Shown piece by piece: positions 13,801 through 29,269 of a stretch of DNA of 64,000 nucleotides (its first letter is position 1; every line of letters starts with the position of its first letter). Source of the stretch: Chrysomallon squamiferum (lineage: Eukaryota; Animalia; Mollusca); the NCBI GenBank assembly GCA_012295275.1, contig CM022666.1, positions 12,276,001 to 12,340,000 of the forward strand, written 5' to 3'. Under the pieces are notes generated by a model that did no database searches, was not told the origin of the DNA, and saw nothing but the letters and a program-made list of their open reading frames with translations. Both the position numbers and the translations under genes were made by a program.

Positions 13801-15144
13801 GAACTCAGCGTTTTTACTTTTATGTTTTATGCTTTTATTGTGGAACGCAGGAACTGCTATTTTTCTTATACATTTCCCCTCCTTCTGCAAAGAGCACGGA
13901 ACAAGCAAAAACGAAATTTCTTACATCATGGCTTCCAATGGACCAGCGTTGATTTTTTCAAGAGTTATGATTGGTGCGCTCGGAAGTGACGAAAAAGTTG
14001 ATAAATTGGCTGTTTTCATAGGTCTTCTACTAATCAGTGGTACATATTTTTGTCTGACGCCATTGTTTGCCACGACAGTTCCTGCTCAGATAACCTTGAT
14101 GATTCTTGCTGGCGTCTTCAACGGTGGAACGTATTCTTTACTAGCTACGTTCACTATTGACACTGTTGGCTTACAGTTTCTTAATGTTGCCTTCGGGCTG
14201 GAGATGGTTTTTGCCGGAGTCGGATTTTTGATAGGTCCACCCATGGCAGGTACATGAACAGTTAGTTCTGTGGCATTCCGTTTTATAACCGATCTTACAC
14301 CTTTTTAAAGTCATTTTTATTATCCCATTATAAATTTAAAAAATTCGGATTACAATAGCTTTTAAACTGTAATATCGACAGCACTGACGGTAGGGTTTTA
14401 ATTTACTATTTATAATTTACAATCAGACGAGAAATCTGGATCAAAAATGTAAATAAATAAATAAAAATAAATATATATATTTTTTTATGTTTATGTTATT
14501 TGCTTATATAAATGATAAAACTGATGAATTTTTGACAAACCAAATAAATAAGGAAATAATGCAGATTTCGAAAATATAGCTTAATGAAGTAAAAATAATT
14601 TTACTCACTTTGTTTACTATACTGTGGCGCACATGAAACAGAACTGTTTTATGATTATAATTATATATAAAATATGTTTTAACAGAGTATCTTTTTTGTT
14701 TTGTTTTGTAGGATGGATGGTAGATAGCTTAGGGTCATACAACAAAAGCATGTTTTTAGCAGGTATAACAACACTAAGTGTGATGTTTTCGTTTCTTTTC
14801 TTTTTAAATATACTTCTTTTGGTTGAGAAATTTTAAAACTTAAAAGTATTCATAAAAAGTATAAAATATTTTCAAGAAAGAAAAATTCAGTTACACAATT
14901 ATACTTGCAGTCAATAAAACTCTAATTTTCTAACATGGTTTTCATTGTTTATTTACAGCCTTAATTTTCAAGTTTAGGTATGTCTAAACTATAAATACAC
15001 TTTAAAAGACTAACTGTTTTTATTTCATTTCCAGGAATTTTCATTTATCTATCAGCAGTTTTTCTGATGTTAATCCCAGTTGTACACAAACACAGAGAGA
15101 TTGATACAACTGAAGAAGTCAAAGAAAATAATGTTACACAATAA
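10425..15144 (+). CDS. Monocarboxylate transporter family (SLC16, MFS) protein, about 446 aa; coding exons 10425-10620, 13022-13165, 13410-14249, 14712-14762, 15035-15144
   Basis: N-terminal SLC16 signature DGGWAW, GPLASVL..SCR loop, FFKKKRSFVNG (YFxKRR-like motif), FSR in TM8, IGPPMAGWMVD..GSY. All four introns are GT-AG phase 1 and the exons join in frame (1341 nt). An acceptor (TTTGCAG) at 10404 implies upstream UTR exon(s). Confidence 0.92.
11140..11297 (+). repeat. Dispersed repeat copy 2, in MCT intron
   Basis: Direct, diverged copy of 10116-10300. Confidence 0.85.
11330..12875 (-). mobile_element. Degenerate L1/Tx1-clade LINE ORF2 fragment (reverse transcriptase and downstream region), antisense in an MCT intron
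   Basis: Minus-strand pieces in the expected order: AIAERIK, DQNGLMHDR..NTIRLTCDVLYY, EK/AFHTISWNF / KVLAYFKFGATIQRWI, RQGDPLS (12469-12449), LCVEILG, QFADDTT (12352-12332; RT catalytic YADD-type motif), LNYNAKLNEVKRLLEQ*SKRSLS, LPNP..FIWN, ILRLPIWYN. Many stops and frameshifts. Confidence 0.88.
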
Positions 15145-15196
15145 AGAAATTGAGATTCTCAAAAAATTATTTATTTGAACAATATTCTTAAACCAA

Positions 15197-15251
<55 letters not shown>

Positions 15252-16412
15252 AAATAAATATAAAATGAAATAATTATTATATACAAAAAAAAAAAAAAAT
15301 CTAAGTTTCTCACAGAATCCCTGTGACATTTTTTTTTAATGAATTCTAGTTCTGGATATTTTATATATTTACATGTATTATTATTATTTTTTTCATACTT
15401 CATTAGTACTTTCTCTTCTCTAAAAATTTACATAAATCCATATTATTTGTGTTGTTGTTTTTGCATACTGTGACCAACCAAAGAAAAGTTATAAAACATG
15501 AATTACTTTGATAATGAATATTCATAAGCAGTCTCATACAATTTAAATTATTTAATTACCCGTTCCAGTAGAAATCCCAGTGATTCTGCATACAGAACTT
15601 TTGTGATTTGTAGATTGTTCTAGAAGGAATACACTTCCAGCATAACAAATCATTTGTATTCTTTTACTGTTGTTACAAGAATAAATTTTCATTTTTAGAA
15701 AAATAAGTAACTGGTGAAAACATTTATTCATTTTCTTTTTAATAAAAATATACAAGTAATTTAGAAAACAATGCTGCCATTAAGAATTTCAAATTCCATT
15801 TTATGTTATCTAAATATTTGTGCAATAATAGTGTTTCCAGGTCAGTCTTGTAATAAAGATATTTGCAAAGTTCTCTACTGAAAGGCCTGATTACACTGAA
15901 ATTAAAGCACAGGTGTTGACAAAAAGAAATTTTAATGTTAAAAAGCCAATTCTGAAGGAAAAAAAAAATTTAAAACAAATTTATTAATTAAAATAAAATA
16001 AAAACAATCAATAACAACAACAACAAAAAAAATGATAATTTAAAGAAATACATATGATACTGTCATTACAATAAAAATAAATAATAATAATAAATAAAAA
16101 AATTAATAAATAAAAAATAAATAAATAAAAGTTCTAAAAAAATGGATGAGTTAGAACTGTTCCACATTTCTGGTTTTTCATGAAATTCTTTCCCTGACAT
16201 TTTTCACAAAATTCCAGCATTAGAATTTTCCAACACAATCAAGCATGTCCAATCATTTGACAACAGATGTGTCTTATAACAATCGTTACCGTGTGTATAT
16301 TTCTTACCTGTCCTTCTGATCTGTTCACATTTAGAACAACTGTTTTAACAGACAAGATTACCAGCGAATCTAGTTTTAAAGCCCAAAGTCCAAGCATAAT
16401 GATATAACAGAT

Positions 16413-19106
16413 TTACTGAGAATGAGGCTGCACTTCAGGTAATGAATAACTACGCATTAACTGTCCTTGTTGTCGGATATGCTCCAAACGTATTTTATCC
16501 AGTTCCGCTAACCTACTCTTTACATGTTCCAGGCGATGGTAAGCCATCTGCAGATCTTTCTGTGCTGAGTAACATGATCCTTCATGTGGCTGACCTGAAA
16601 ATAGTGGATCTCTTTGATTAGCTTCCATAAGAAACTCTCTATCACATCTAATTTATTGTCATTGATTAGCTGACGTCTTCCCAGATGAAAAGCCTACATG
16701 ATAATTCCAGTTAATTAACAATATCTAATTTTTTTTATTAAACAGTCAAGTATAAATTTTAAATACAGTCCAAAAACAATGGCAGTAATGAAAATACTAA
16801 CAATAACAAATGTGTTTATAAAAATTATAACGTTTGTATAATGATACCATATGAATGAGAAAACCAAACTACTCCATATTCTATTCAAATGGCAGCAAAA
16901 AATATTTTACATAATTACCTTCCCGGAGGCAGCATATGAAGCACATATAACATAACATGATATACTAGTGTTATGGCTCTAACAGAACCAAAGAAAAAGA
17001 CAATTACTGTACTTATTTGATATATTATCTCCCTTGATAATTTTCAGTTCATTTTTTTGTTTTAACACACAAATAGATAATAACAAATTTGCAATCATGT
17101 ATAAAATGATGTTTTCAGGATCTATCTAATAATTTTTTTTGTTGTTCTTATTACCATTATTATTATTATAAGAAAAACAAATACTTATAATGCACTGGAT
17201 TTTATTGAATGATCCATTATTAAATCAGTTTAAATATAAACTATTTTATTACATACTAAATATATTTGAAGGTTGGCATTCTAAATAACAGTTTAAATTT
17301 GAACTGATTTATTTAAATTAGAACTGATTTATAAAATACTTAGTTTGACTGTTTAAATTTGAACTGATTTATAAAATACTTAGTTTGACTGTTTAAATTT
17401 GAACTGATTTATAAAATACTTAGTTTGACTGTTTAAATTTGAACTGATTTATAAAATACTCAGTTTAACTGAGTTTTACTATGAACTGATTTATAAAATA
17501 CTGAGTTTAAAACTGAACTGATTTATAAAATACTTAGTTTGACTGTTTAAATTTGAACTGATTTATAAAATACTCAGTTTAACTGAGTTTTACTATGAAC
17601 TGATTTATAAAATACTGAGTTTAAAACTGAACTGATTTATAAAATACTTAGTTTAAAATTTGAACTGATTTATAAAATACTCAGTTTAACTGAGTTTTAC
17701 TATGAACTGAGTTTAAAACTAAAATAAAATACTCAGTTTAACTGAGTTTTACTATGAACTGATTTATAAAATACTGAGTTTAAAACTGAACTGATTTATA
17801 AAATACTTAGTTTAAAAATTTGAACTGATTTATAAAATACTCAGTTTAACTGAGTTTTACTATGAACTGATTTATAAAATACTGAGTTTAAAACTGAACT
17901 GATTTATAAAATACTCAGTTTAAAACTGAACTGATTTATAAAATACTCAGTTTAACTGAGTTTTACTATGAACTGATTTATAAAATACTGAGTTTAAAAC
18001 TGAACTGATTTATAAAATACTGAGTTTAACTTTGAACTGATTTATAAAATACTGAGTTTAACTGAGTTTTAATTTGAACTGATTTATAAAATACTCAGTT
18101 TAAAACTCACCAGTAGAGACTTGCGTGAGATATTGAATCTGTGCTGTGAGCCCAGTCTCGACTTCCTGCAGTGTTTTTAAAAATGACGTTGTGTGACTCT
18201 CTACCTGCTTTGGTACTGGTTTCTCCTTTGAAAGTTCCTGTAAAGCCAAACCTGGGAATAAAGAGTATAAATAACTTTCTTAAAGAAACTAATCACAGAG
18301 TCAAAACAAACCCGATTTAAACTTGATAAATAATTTTCAATGTTTGTTATGTATTTTTAAATTATTCACAAAAAAGAGAAAGAATATATATTTTATGTTA
18401 AATTTATAGTTATGTGGTTTTACAAACAAGAAGAGAGGAAACTTACTGGCACAACACAATCAAAATGGGTTACTCTTTTCCCATCAACAGCAAGAGTTCT
18501 TGTATATGAATAATTTATAATAATTATTAAGCATCAGTCATGTTAGAGAAAGCCTAAGTTCATTTATCATTGCTTACTGATATCAGTAGAAAGGGCTCTT
18601 TTATGTCATATATCTATTTCTTGCGAAATACAGGTGAGCACATAATATATGATTTCATACACCAGTTGTGTGGTTTAGTAATTAAAGATTTTAGATTTCT
18701 AAAGTTGCTATAATAATTCAAATATTTCAGATAAGAATATCTGAATAGTAAATACTAAATCAGTAAATGACTAACGGAACCTGTGAAATCATAATCGTTG
18801 ATTAAATCAACATCGGAACATGACTGCCATGAAAAGCAATCATATATTTTACTAATTATTAATATTATAAATATATTATTGTTATCATTATGTTTGTTGT
18901 TTTAATTATCCAGTTTTATGAATTTAATCATTATAATTATTCAAATTAATCACTATGTCATGCATGCCATTTCATTTGTCCTTCATTCACTTGAACAAAA
19001 ATTACATTTTTATTTATTTAGTACCTGCACTTTGAATGGAAGATGCTATATCTCTTTCAATTCGTTCCAGTTGTAAGAGTCGGTCTCTAGGACCTCCTGT
19101 TGCCAT
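16413..19106 (-). CDS. MED11: Mediator of RNA polymerase II transcription subunit 11, 134 aa; exons 19106-19025, 18251-18111, 16594-16413
   Basis: Spliced product MATGGPRDRLLQLERIERDIASSIQSAG-LALQELSKEKPVPKQVESHTTSFLKTLQEVETGLTAQIQYLTQVSTG-QPHEGSCYSAQKDLQMAYHRLEHVKSRL... contains the MED11 hallmark QIxYLTQVxTGQPHEGSxY. GT-AG phase-1 introns, 405 nt total. Confidence 0.95.
17290..18109. repeat. Palindromic AT-rich minisatellite (about 20 units of 32-42 bp) in MED11 intron 2
   Basis: Repeated core GAACTGATTTATAAAATACT followed by variant tails TAGTTTGACTGTTTAAATTT / CAGTTTAACTGAGTTTTACTAT / GAGTTTAAAACT. Confidence 0.95.
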
Positions 19107-20323
<1,217 letters not shown>

Positions 20324-23300
20324 ACTTTAATTTGGACAGAATCAACTCACTTGACATTTAGCCACAGAATGTTAATACAGAGAACAATTACTGTAGAAAT
20401 ACGATATATTTGTATATTTTTGAAATGACAGAGCAGTAGTACAGGTCCAGAGTCTAACTGAGCTGAAACATCTGATTGAATTTGTCTAGTGTGAAAAATA
20501 TCTGTGATTGGCTAAAACGTCCAGTTTAAATTGATTAAAAATTAAAGAAAATTATTTAGACTAAAAATATATTGATTACAAATATTTTTAAATTTATCTT
20601 TAAAAATATTGAGAAACTAAAATAAAAGATCTTTTATTCATATATCAATAATATTAATATACTAAAATTTATGTTGAATAAAAACTGTAAAATTTTATTT
20701 GTTTAATACAGATGTTTAGTTCAGTTATACAAATATGTTATATTTATCACAATATCTGACTAGGTATTTTTAGGTTTTGGATGTTTTAGCCAAACCATTT
20801 TTTAGTTATTACAGTTTAGAAATCTTTAAAAACACATTAAGATGAAAATTCTGTAATTATATAGTGTAACATAGTTCTCATTTTGTCACTAAACCATTAC
20901 TTTATACAAGTATGGCTGGTCCATCTCGGTTTTATTAACTTTCAAATTTGTATCTGATTTACAATTTTTAATAGAATTTTTAAAGAGTATATGAAAATAC
21001 CTCGGCTTCTGAAATACTTGTTTTTAAGTGGAGAACAAAACAACAGAAGTAATATTAGCCATACAACTAAATATCACTAATATTAACTATTATTCACCAG
21101 CTAACTGAAATTAGATGTAAACTATTTACATTTAATCCATAGTTTGGCTGTTAAGAGTCAAAATTCTGAATCCCCATATAGTTATTAATGAAAATTTGTA
21201 GGAATCTTTATTAGTGTGGCTGGAAGAAAATATGATAAAAAAAGAAAGGAGCTTTAAGTATTAAACGGTTACAGAACATCGTGAAACAGTAGTTTTATAT
21301 GTTTAAGTCTGTTTTATTCTAAACTTACAGTTAACATTATCATGTACAAGACATTCTTGTATACTTTGATTTTAATTGCATGTTTTTTTTTTAAATTACA
21401 CGAGTAACTGAAATATAATCAGTGAAACAATTATTTATGATACTTTTTCTTAATGGAACATTAAGCTATTTGAAGAAGTAAATTAATATTAACTTTATAT
21501 AATAATGCTGTATACATGTACTACATTTTTCCCTTTTATTTTTTATTTTTGTTTGAGGTACTTATGAAATTGCAAAGACTCAAGTCACAATATTTTAACA
21601 TTTTATTATTTGTATATCATTCCATTCTATAGCATGGATTTTTAAGTTATGAAAATCAATATAAGGAATAACACACTTTCTAAGTGTTAATAATTCACCA
21701 ATCTTGTTAAACTTTTTAAGTTATTTCGAAATACAAAAGCATACATTTTAAAATAATTAAAGACTACAATAATTGTTAAATAAGAAAAATGATAATATTT
21801 TAAAGATGTTTATTCAGTGACTAGATTAATAAAAGTATATTAAATTCTTTAGTCTTATTCCATGTTTCATCTTTTTAACTTTATTATAAATGTACTTCAT
21901 AACAATCATATTATAAATATATTTTAAATATATAATTACTCATTTAGGGCTTAACTTTAAACAAATTTAAAGTGTAGATTTCCAAAGATTTTTGTATTCA
22001 TTTCCCAAATATCAATGAAACTTTTAGTTAAATGGATCTGATATTCATTTTGTTAATATCTCTGTTTTTTAATGTTCATTGTATTTATTTTTGAGGGGTT
22101 TTATTTTATTTTTTAATTCTATATTTTGTTAATTTCCACTCTAATGTATGTGTATAGTAATAAAAACATGTATTATTACAAAATCAGTAGTGTTGTTGGG
22201 TATCATGAATATATATTAACAAAAGTGCCAACAACATGTAGATTTAACAAAACTGCTATATATATATATGAAAACAAACTGAAAATAGCATCAGACTTTA
22301 CGTTCATTATCATATCCACATCTGTCACTTATAGTATTTTATGATATCAAATTCTTATTTCTGATGGGCTGAAGTTTTAGATGTCTTAAATGTTGCAGTG
22401 AATAAAGGTTTTGTTCAAAAAGGTGAATAATTATTAATATGAAGATTTTTAATTTTTTTTTGTTAGATTTTAAAAAAATTATGTTTCCAGTTTGCCAAGA
22501 AATATATCCACCCATAATGATATTAATCTGTGAAACATTGCTCCATATGTAATTATTATAGTCATTAAAATTAATGTTAGACATTTTAAGCAGTCACTTT
22601 ATAAAGTTACAACTAAATGTATGTATCAAATACTGAAAGTAAAAGGGTAAAATTAGTATATCAGAAATTGAAAAGTATTTTAAATTCAGTTGTTCCTGAA
22701 CTAATCTGAGTGATTCTTCCTAAAGGCTGCTATTAACAGACTGGTGTTGTGAACAATCATTTTAACATGTTTTATTTTATCAGTAATATGAAGTATATGA
22801 AAACAAATGTTGATTGCTGTTAATTACATTTTAATATATTCTGTTGTGAGAGACTGTTAATGTAATCTCATATATATGTTAACATAATTGTCATATTTTC
22901 ACCCAAATATCAAGTGTGCAAGTAAAACAGTGTTAATGTACATTATCATACTTATATAACTTATAAACAAATCTGTGAGGCCTCATTAAAAATACAGTGT
23001 TACTTTACAGGAATCCAAGCCTTTCTTTATTTCTTTAGGTTATGCAAACTTCAGTAAAACTAAAATGAATTTTATCTTAATTTACTTTAAAAAAACAGTT
23101 AAAATTTTATCAGAACTGTTTACTGAGCTGTTGTAAACACACACAAAATTTTAAAACGATGAAAAAATTAGTTACAACCTACAAGTTAAAATGTGTTTCT
23201 TTAGTTGTTTATCTTTGTTATTTTAAAAACATTGACTGAAAGTACATATAATTGTTATTATACAATTTTTTGGTAGCTAAATTCTTGACCATTTTGTATA

Positions 23301-24836
23301 GTTGTAATATGAGTTACAAATGCAGAAAACTGCAGAACAGTTGGATTGGTGCAAGAAAATAAAATGACAACAGTATTTTATTTTTAAATGTTAAATCAGA
23401 ACTGAGAGTATAAATCTGTGGATGTCGTATGTTTGTATCAGATGGGATACTAATTAGTTCAGCAATATTATATGTTTACACTGTCCTAGAGAAAATTTAT
23501 TTATTTATTTGGTTGTATATATTTTTGTGTGTATTTAAAACTAAGCCAAAACTGCAGTGACAAACCACTACCAGAATTTCCAGATAACCAGGATGTTTTT
23601 AATGAGGCCTAATCATTCTTGTAATGTTTTTCATTATGGTAAATTAATGTTATTCATATTGTCATAGAGAGTATTAAAGGTTGTTTAGATGATAAAAATG
23701 TATCTGTTATTTGTTTGTTTTAAATTATGCCAGCCTTATAGGCATCTCAGAATATTAGATAGATAAAAAAAAATATGGTTCTTGGTGTTACGAGGCAGGA
23801 TATATAAGAAACAATAAAGGATGGGTATTATGAAACTTGAGTAACAAATAAGCTACTGGTTATTACTGAACAAAAAGAAGGTGAAATGTAAGCAAACAAA
23901 TGGCTATAAAGTAAGTACTTTTATTTTTAAACATTCATGATTTTTCACTATTTAAATGCAGATAATTTTATTTTACCAACAAATGTCTAATTACAAGACT
24001 TACATCCAAAGCATACTGAGAAAAAAGAAGATATATATATTTTAGAAGAATTATTGTAAAAAAACATGCTTAAACATTAGTTACATCATTTAACATACAT
24101 CGTTTATATTAAAATACTTTATTTTATCTGCTACCAATGAATTTCACTGCATATTTCTTTGTATGAAAAGTCAACTGCTGCTATATAATGCGAAAAAAAA
24201 AATTAAAAATGAAATTAAAAATAAATGATAATAAAAATAACAACAAATTATGTGTTCTCAAGGTAGCTGAAATGAGATGCTGTTGTGTTATCTTATAAAA
24301 TTTAAACAATAAATATGGACTACATCAGGAGCTGGAAATGATGTTATTTATAAACTATTTTTATAAACATGCAAGTAAGACGGCTTGGATTAAACATTAC
24401 ACATACTGCTTTGCAAAACAGTTCTTAAATTTATAAGTATGCACAAAATACTGACCCAGCTTATCAAGAAATAATGGTTACTGTATTGAAGATAATTAAC
24501 TACTGAAACTAATCTTATCATGGATAGAAGTTTTTATTACTCAGTTTACTGTATTCCTTATTTACTAACACAAGTACTTATATGTTTATATACATTTAAT
24601 TATTATTAGGTCAAAATGTTTTGTGTATTTGTTTTGCCACTATTCATAACAAACAGTTAATGAGGGAATTATTTAATGCATCCCCATATTCAATGCATAA
24701 ATAACAATAAATTAAACTAACCAACCATCAAACAATCAAAAAAACGATTACCAAATACAAGATTTTTATGGCTAATATCCATTTGTAACGTTTTGAAACA
24801 ACCCCTGTATAAACAGGATGCAGATATATGATCATT

Positions 24837-24848
24837 TGCGCATGCTCC
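24837..24848 (+). promoter_or_regulatory. NRF1-like site upstream of ACADVL
   Basis: TGCGCATGCTCC resembles the NRF1 consensus TGCGCATGCGCA. It lies about 45 bp upstream of the ATG of a mitochondrial enzyme, in otherwise CpG-poor DNA. Confidence 0.45.
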
Positions 24849-24892
24849 ATTGTTTACGTTGGTTTGTGCATTAGTTATTGTTAGTTGTCAAA

Positions 24893-25582
24893 ATGTTGCG
24901 ATCAACTCGATATATTGCCAGATTAGTTCAAAATGTGGACAGTTTAATTGTTTCAAGACACGCAGGGTGATTATATTTAAAATTATTAATTCATTAATAG
25001 TATGTTATTTGTATAGATAATTACAGGATTGGGTTTTGTAAACTTAGGTAACATCTTGGACTTTGACCCACGGTTCAACAAACCACTAAAGTTTTTTATT
25101 TTGGAGGTTAATGGGTCGGTCACCTGCCTTTATTTTTGTATTTTAAAACTATTATTATATTTTGTATATATTATTTTAAATAATAATAATGCATTGATCA
25201 GATGTTTCGGATAATTTACTTGAGTAATCATTAAGATTACAACTTCAAAACTTTTTTCACAGGAATTTGATAGAAGTCTTCTCTTGATAACTTAAGTGGT
25301 ACTTGATGATGCACAATTGGTTTTAATAATCGTGTTAAAAGTCCTTGCTAAATCAGATTGTTTTGCATTGAGATAAAATTATTAATAAAGAAAAAAACCG
25401 TAACCTTTTGCAAATCGTGGAAACTAATATTAATTTTAGTAACATATTTGAAATTTTAAACATTTTAATTAATTAATTTATTATTCTTTTAAGTGTCATC
25501 TTTCAACAAAAATGTGCTGCAAGTACAGATGCCCCAAAGGTACAGTATGAACTTACTTTTAATCACACACACACACACACAC

Positions 25583-25660
<78 letters not shown>

Positions 25661-28600
25661 CCCCCTCTCCTCTCTCCCTCCCAACAAACACATACACATT
25701 ACACAGACTCAAACATACAGCCATCTTCACTGGTATTTTCACACACACACACACACACACTTTATTAGTAATAAAGAAAAATTTTCTGTTTGAAGGAATC
25801 TCAGTCATTCTGTATGAACATGTTCCAAGGAAAGATTCAGGCCAACCAGGTTTTCCCTTTTCCTGATGGTAAAGTATCTAATATATATATATATATATAC
25901 GTACATTTTTTAACTTTCTAATTAAGAAAATATTTAATATTTCAGATGGTTTCTTCTTTAAGTAAATTAGAACATGTACCATGTTATAAAGGATTTCTTT
26001 AAACTTTGAAAAACGTTACTCTGTTACTCTGTCAACAATTGTTGGAAAAAAGATGAAAGTACACTGTTTCAGTAAATGTATATTTAAAAATATTAATGAT
26101 AAATTTGTATATTATTTAGTTTTTTCATGAATATTCTGTATGTAATTCTTTTATTGCAGTGTTAACTGAAGATCAGAAAGAAACCCTACGAATGTTGATT
26201 GATCCAGTTGAAAAATTCTTTGAGGTTAGAGAAATATGTTACTTTCAAGTGTTTTAAACATTTCTTACAGTGATTTGTAATACAGCTAGCAGAATGAACA
26301 GATAACTTGTTTTGTTTTGTTTCATATGTGTAGAATAAAATAAGAACTTCTCTTTATGAAGTGTCAAAGCAGAAACAAAATGTCAGTCTCAATGCATTTT
26401 TATAAGTTTATTGTATTGGTAAACTTTGTTACTGGAATATCCTGGAGTAGAAGATTAACTCTCAGGAAATTCACAAAATGTATTTGTGTTCATACTGTCA
26501 CAAATATATTGCAAAAGATTGTAATTTGTGTTATTAATTATTTTTGTGTGCTTGAGAAATATAGCAAAATATAAAAATATCATGATTATTAAAGTCAGTA
26601 AGCTACAAGACATAGGGCAGTGCTCTTTTTAACAAAGTTAATAAGAAATAGATATTAGGTGATTGTGGGTTTGTCTTTGTAGAATATATTGTCTATTTCT
26701 TAGAAGTTTGTGTATTCATTCTCGTTTCCAGTAGGGGCTCTGCTTTGAGCAAATATTAATAAAGAGAATTGTAATAATTTGTTCATTTTACTTATTATCA
26801 TTAACTAGAACAAAACTTAACACTTTTATCTAAAGAGAAATATGTCCTTTAGTTAGTAATATTTTGTTTATGTAAGTTGATATCTAAGAAAGGAGTTTTA
26901 ATCAGTGTTGTCTGAGTACATTTTTGATGTTTTATTGCTAAGTTTTTTGTTTCTGATACAGAAAGAAAATGATGCAATGAAAAATGACACACTGGAGAAA
27001 GTGGATGAAACTTCATTCCAGAAGTTACGGGAAATGGGTGCATTTGGAATGCAAGTGCCTCCAGAATACGGTAGTTTGAAAAAAAGTTAAAACCTTGTGT
27101 ATATCTTTAGTGACTGTTTTAGTGATCATGATTTTTGCTTCCTTGGACACCTGAATTATGACAGACTTCACAGTACTATATCACTTTTAATTTGTTCTGA
27201 ATTATACTCAAATGTTGTCTACTTCTGCTTCAGTTGAAACCTTTGTTGCTAATAAATGATATCCACCTTAGTAGAGAGATGTTGTTTAATAAAATGTGCT
27301 ATTATTTACCTTTTATTTCTTACAAATGCTGTTAATATATATTATCTAATAAGAAAATGTACTATGTTCTCATGATCATTTATTTAAAGAGATAAATAAG
27401 AAATTTATAATAATGTATGAGTATTCTCGAGAAGTCAGCATTATCTGTTTTTACAGGAGGAATTGGGCTGACCAACACACAGTATGCTAGAACTGTTGAC
27501 ATTGTGGGATATTATGATCTTGGTGTCGGAATAACACTAGGTGCTCATCAGGTAATTAAAACTAAATAAAACAGTTTTTGTAGAAAAGCACATGAAATAC
27601 TTATCTACCTATTTCACTATTGTTTCTCCACTGAAGATGAGTTACAGATTGTTGTTTGTATTTTATGGGTTATTTTAAAAACTGGTCTAATACTTACTAA
27701 TTCAGTGTTTCATATTTGAATAATGTATATAATATAGACATGATATTGTGAACATTTAATATAGATACACAGATAAAAAACAAATGATTTCATTAGAAAT
27801 ATACTGAGATACAACTAGGTCAGGGTAAGATACACATATTCAACAAGCACCAGACACACTTTATTTGTTAATTTCTTTATCCACATAAACTTTTAAAAAT
27901 ATTTTAAATTGTTTCTCATTTGTTCTTGAGAATGGAATAATTTATAGTGACTATGAAAAAAGTTTCCCCCGAGTCTGCATGTTGATTGAATGTGAACATC
28001 CATTTTTTTTTTGTTTTTAAGTCTATTGGATTCAAGGGGATTATGTTGTTTGGCACTGAGGAACAGAAGAAGAAATATTTGCCGACTCTAGCATCTGGAG
28101 AAAAAGTAGCTGCCTTTTGTCTCACAGAACCATCCAGTGGATCAGATGCTAGTGTGAGTAGCTAGACATTACTCTCCTTTAGTCTGTTTGTTTGTAATAC
28201 TTGATTTCCTTTAAACTCCTTCTTTTTAGTACTTTTGCTAGTTAATATTTGTTTTTAGAAAGGTGTATCATTTATCAGTTCACCTTTGCTTCATTTTAGT
28301 TGTTATAAAATTTACAACAGCTAGTGTTACTATCATTATCATTACTGCTATTACTACCACATTATAATTACTGCTACTACTATTACTACTATTACTACTA
28401 CTACTACTACTTCTACTACTAATTCTCCTATTACTGCTACTGTTACTACTACTGCTACCACCACAATTACTACTATTAGTAACTTTCACCCACTTCAGTA
28501 GTTGTATAATGAAATATACCAATATTAATTGATTTGTTACTAATGTTGTTATAATGAAAAATGTAAAGAGTAAATTAAATATTTTATTAATACATATAGT

Positions 28601-29230
28601 TATGTTTTTTATCCCACATTTAAGTTTACATTTAAAAAGTAAATGATGACAGATTACGAGATGGTATCAGTAATTTTAAAATTTTTAAACTACTTTAATT
28701 ATGACAAACAGAAAATATAAATTATATACAAATGACACAGTTATCTATAAAACGAATTTTATATTTAATAAATGCTTAATAATAAAAATGATATATTGCA
28801 GTCAATACAGACTAGGGCAGTTTTGTCAGAAGATGGAAAACATTACATAATGAACGGCAGTAAAATCTGGATTAGTAATGGTGGAATAGCAGAGGTGTTC
28901 ACTGTGTTTGTACAGGTGAGGTCAGATGAGATTAGTACTGATGTAGCTACACATGTAATAGAAATAGTGTAGACAAATTAGTCAACTCCTTTTTTTCTAA
29001 GTAATTATATTTTTTTTACCATTTGTCATCATTCTATATTTTATTACATTTTGCAGATATTTTCACTGTAATTGTTAAATATAAAAATTTAATTTAATTA
29101 TAATATAATTGTTTTGTAATTATATATAATAATAATAATAATAATAATAAAAACAAATATTGCAGTGACAAGCTTTAAAAAAAACAACTTTATATGGTTT
29201 TCAGTCTGTTATATATAACATTTAAAAACA

Positions 29231-29269
<39 letters not shown>

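Noticed and set aside
17290-18109. CRISPR-like appearance of regularly spaced 20-bp cores
   Set aside because: The intervening sequences are themselves repeated rather than unique spacers, there are no cas genes, and the context is a eukaryotic intron.
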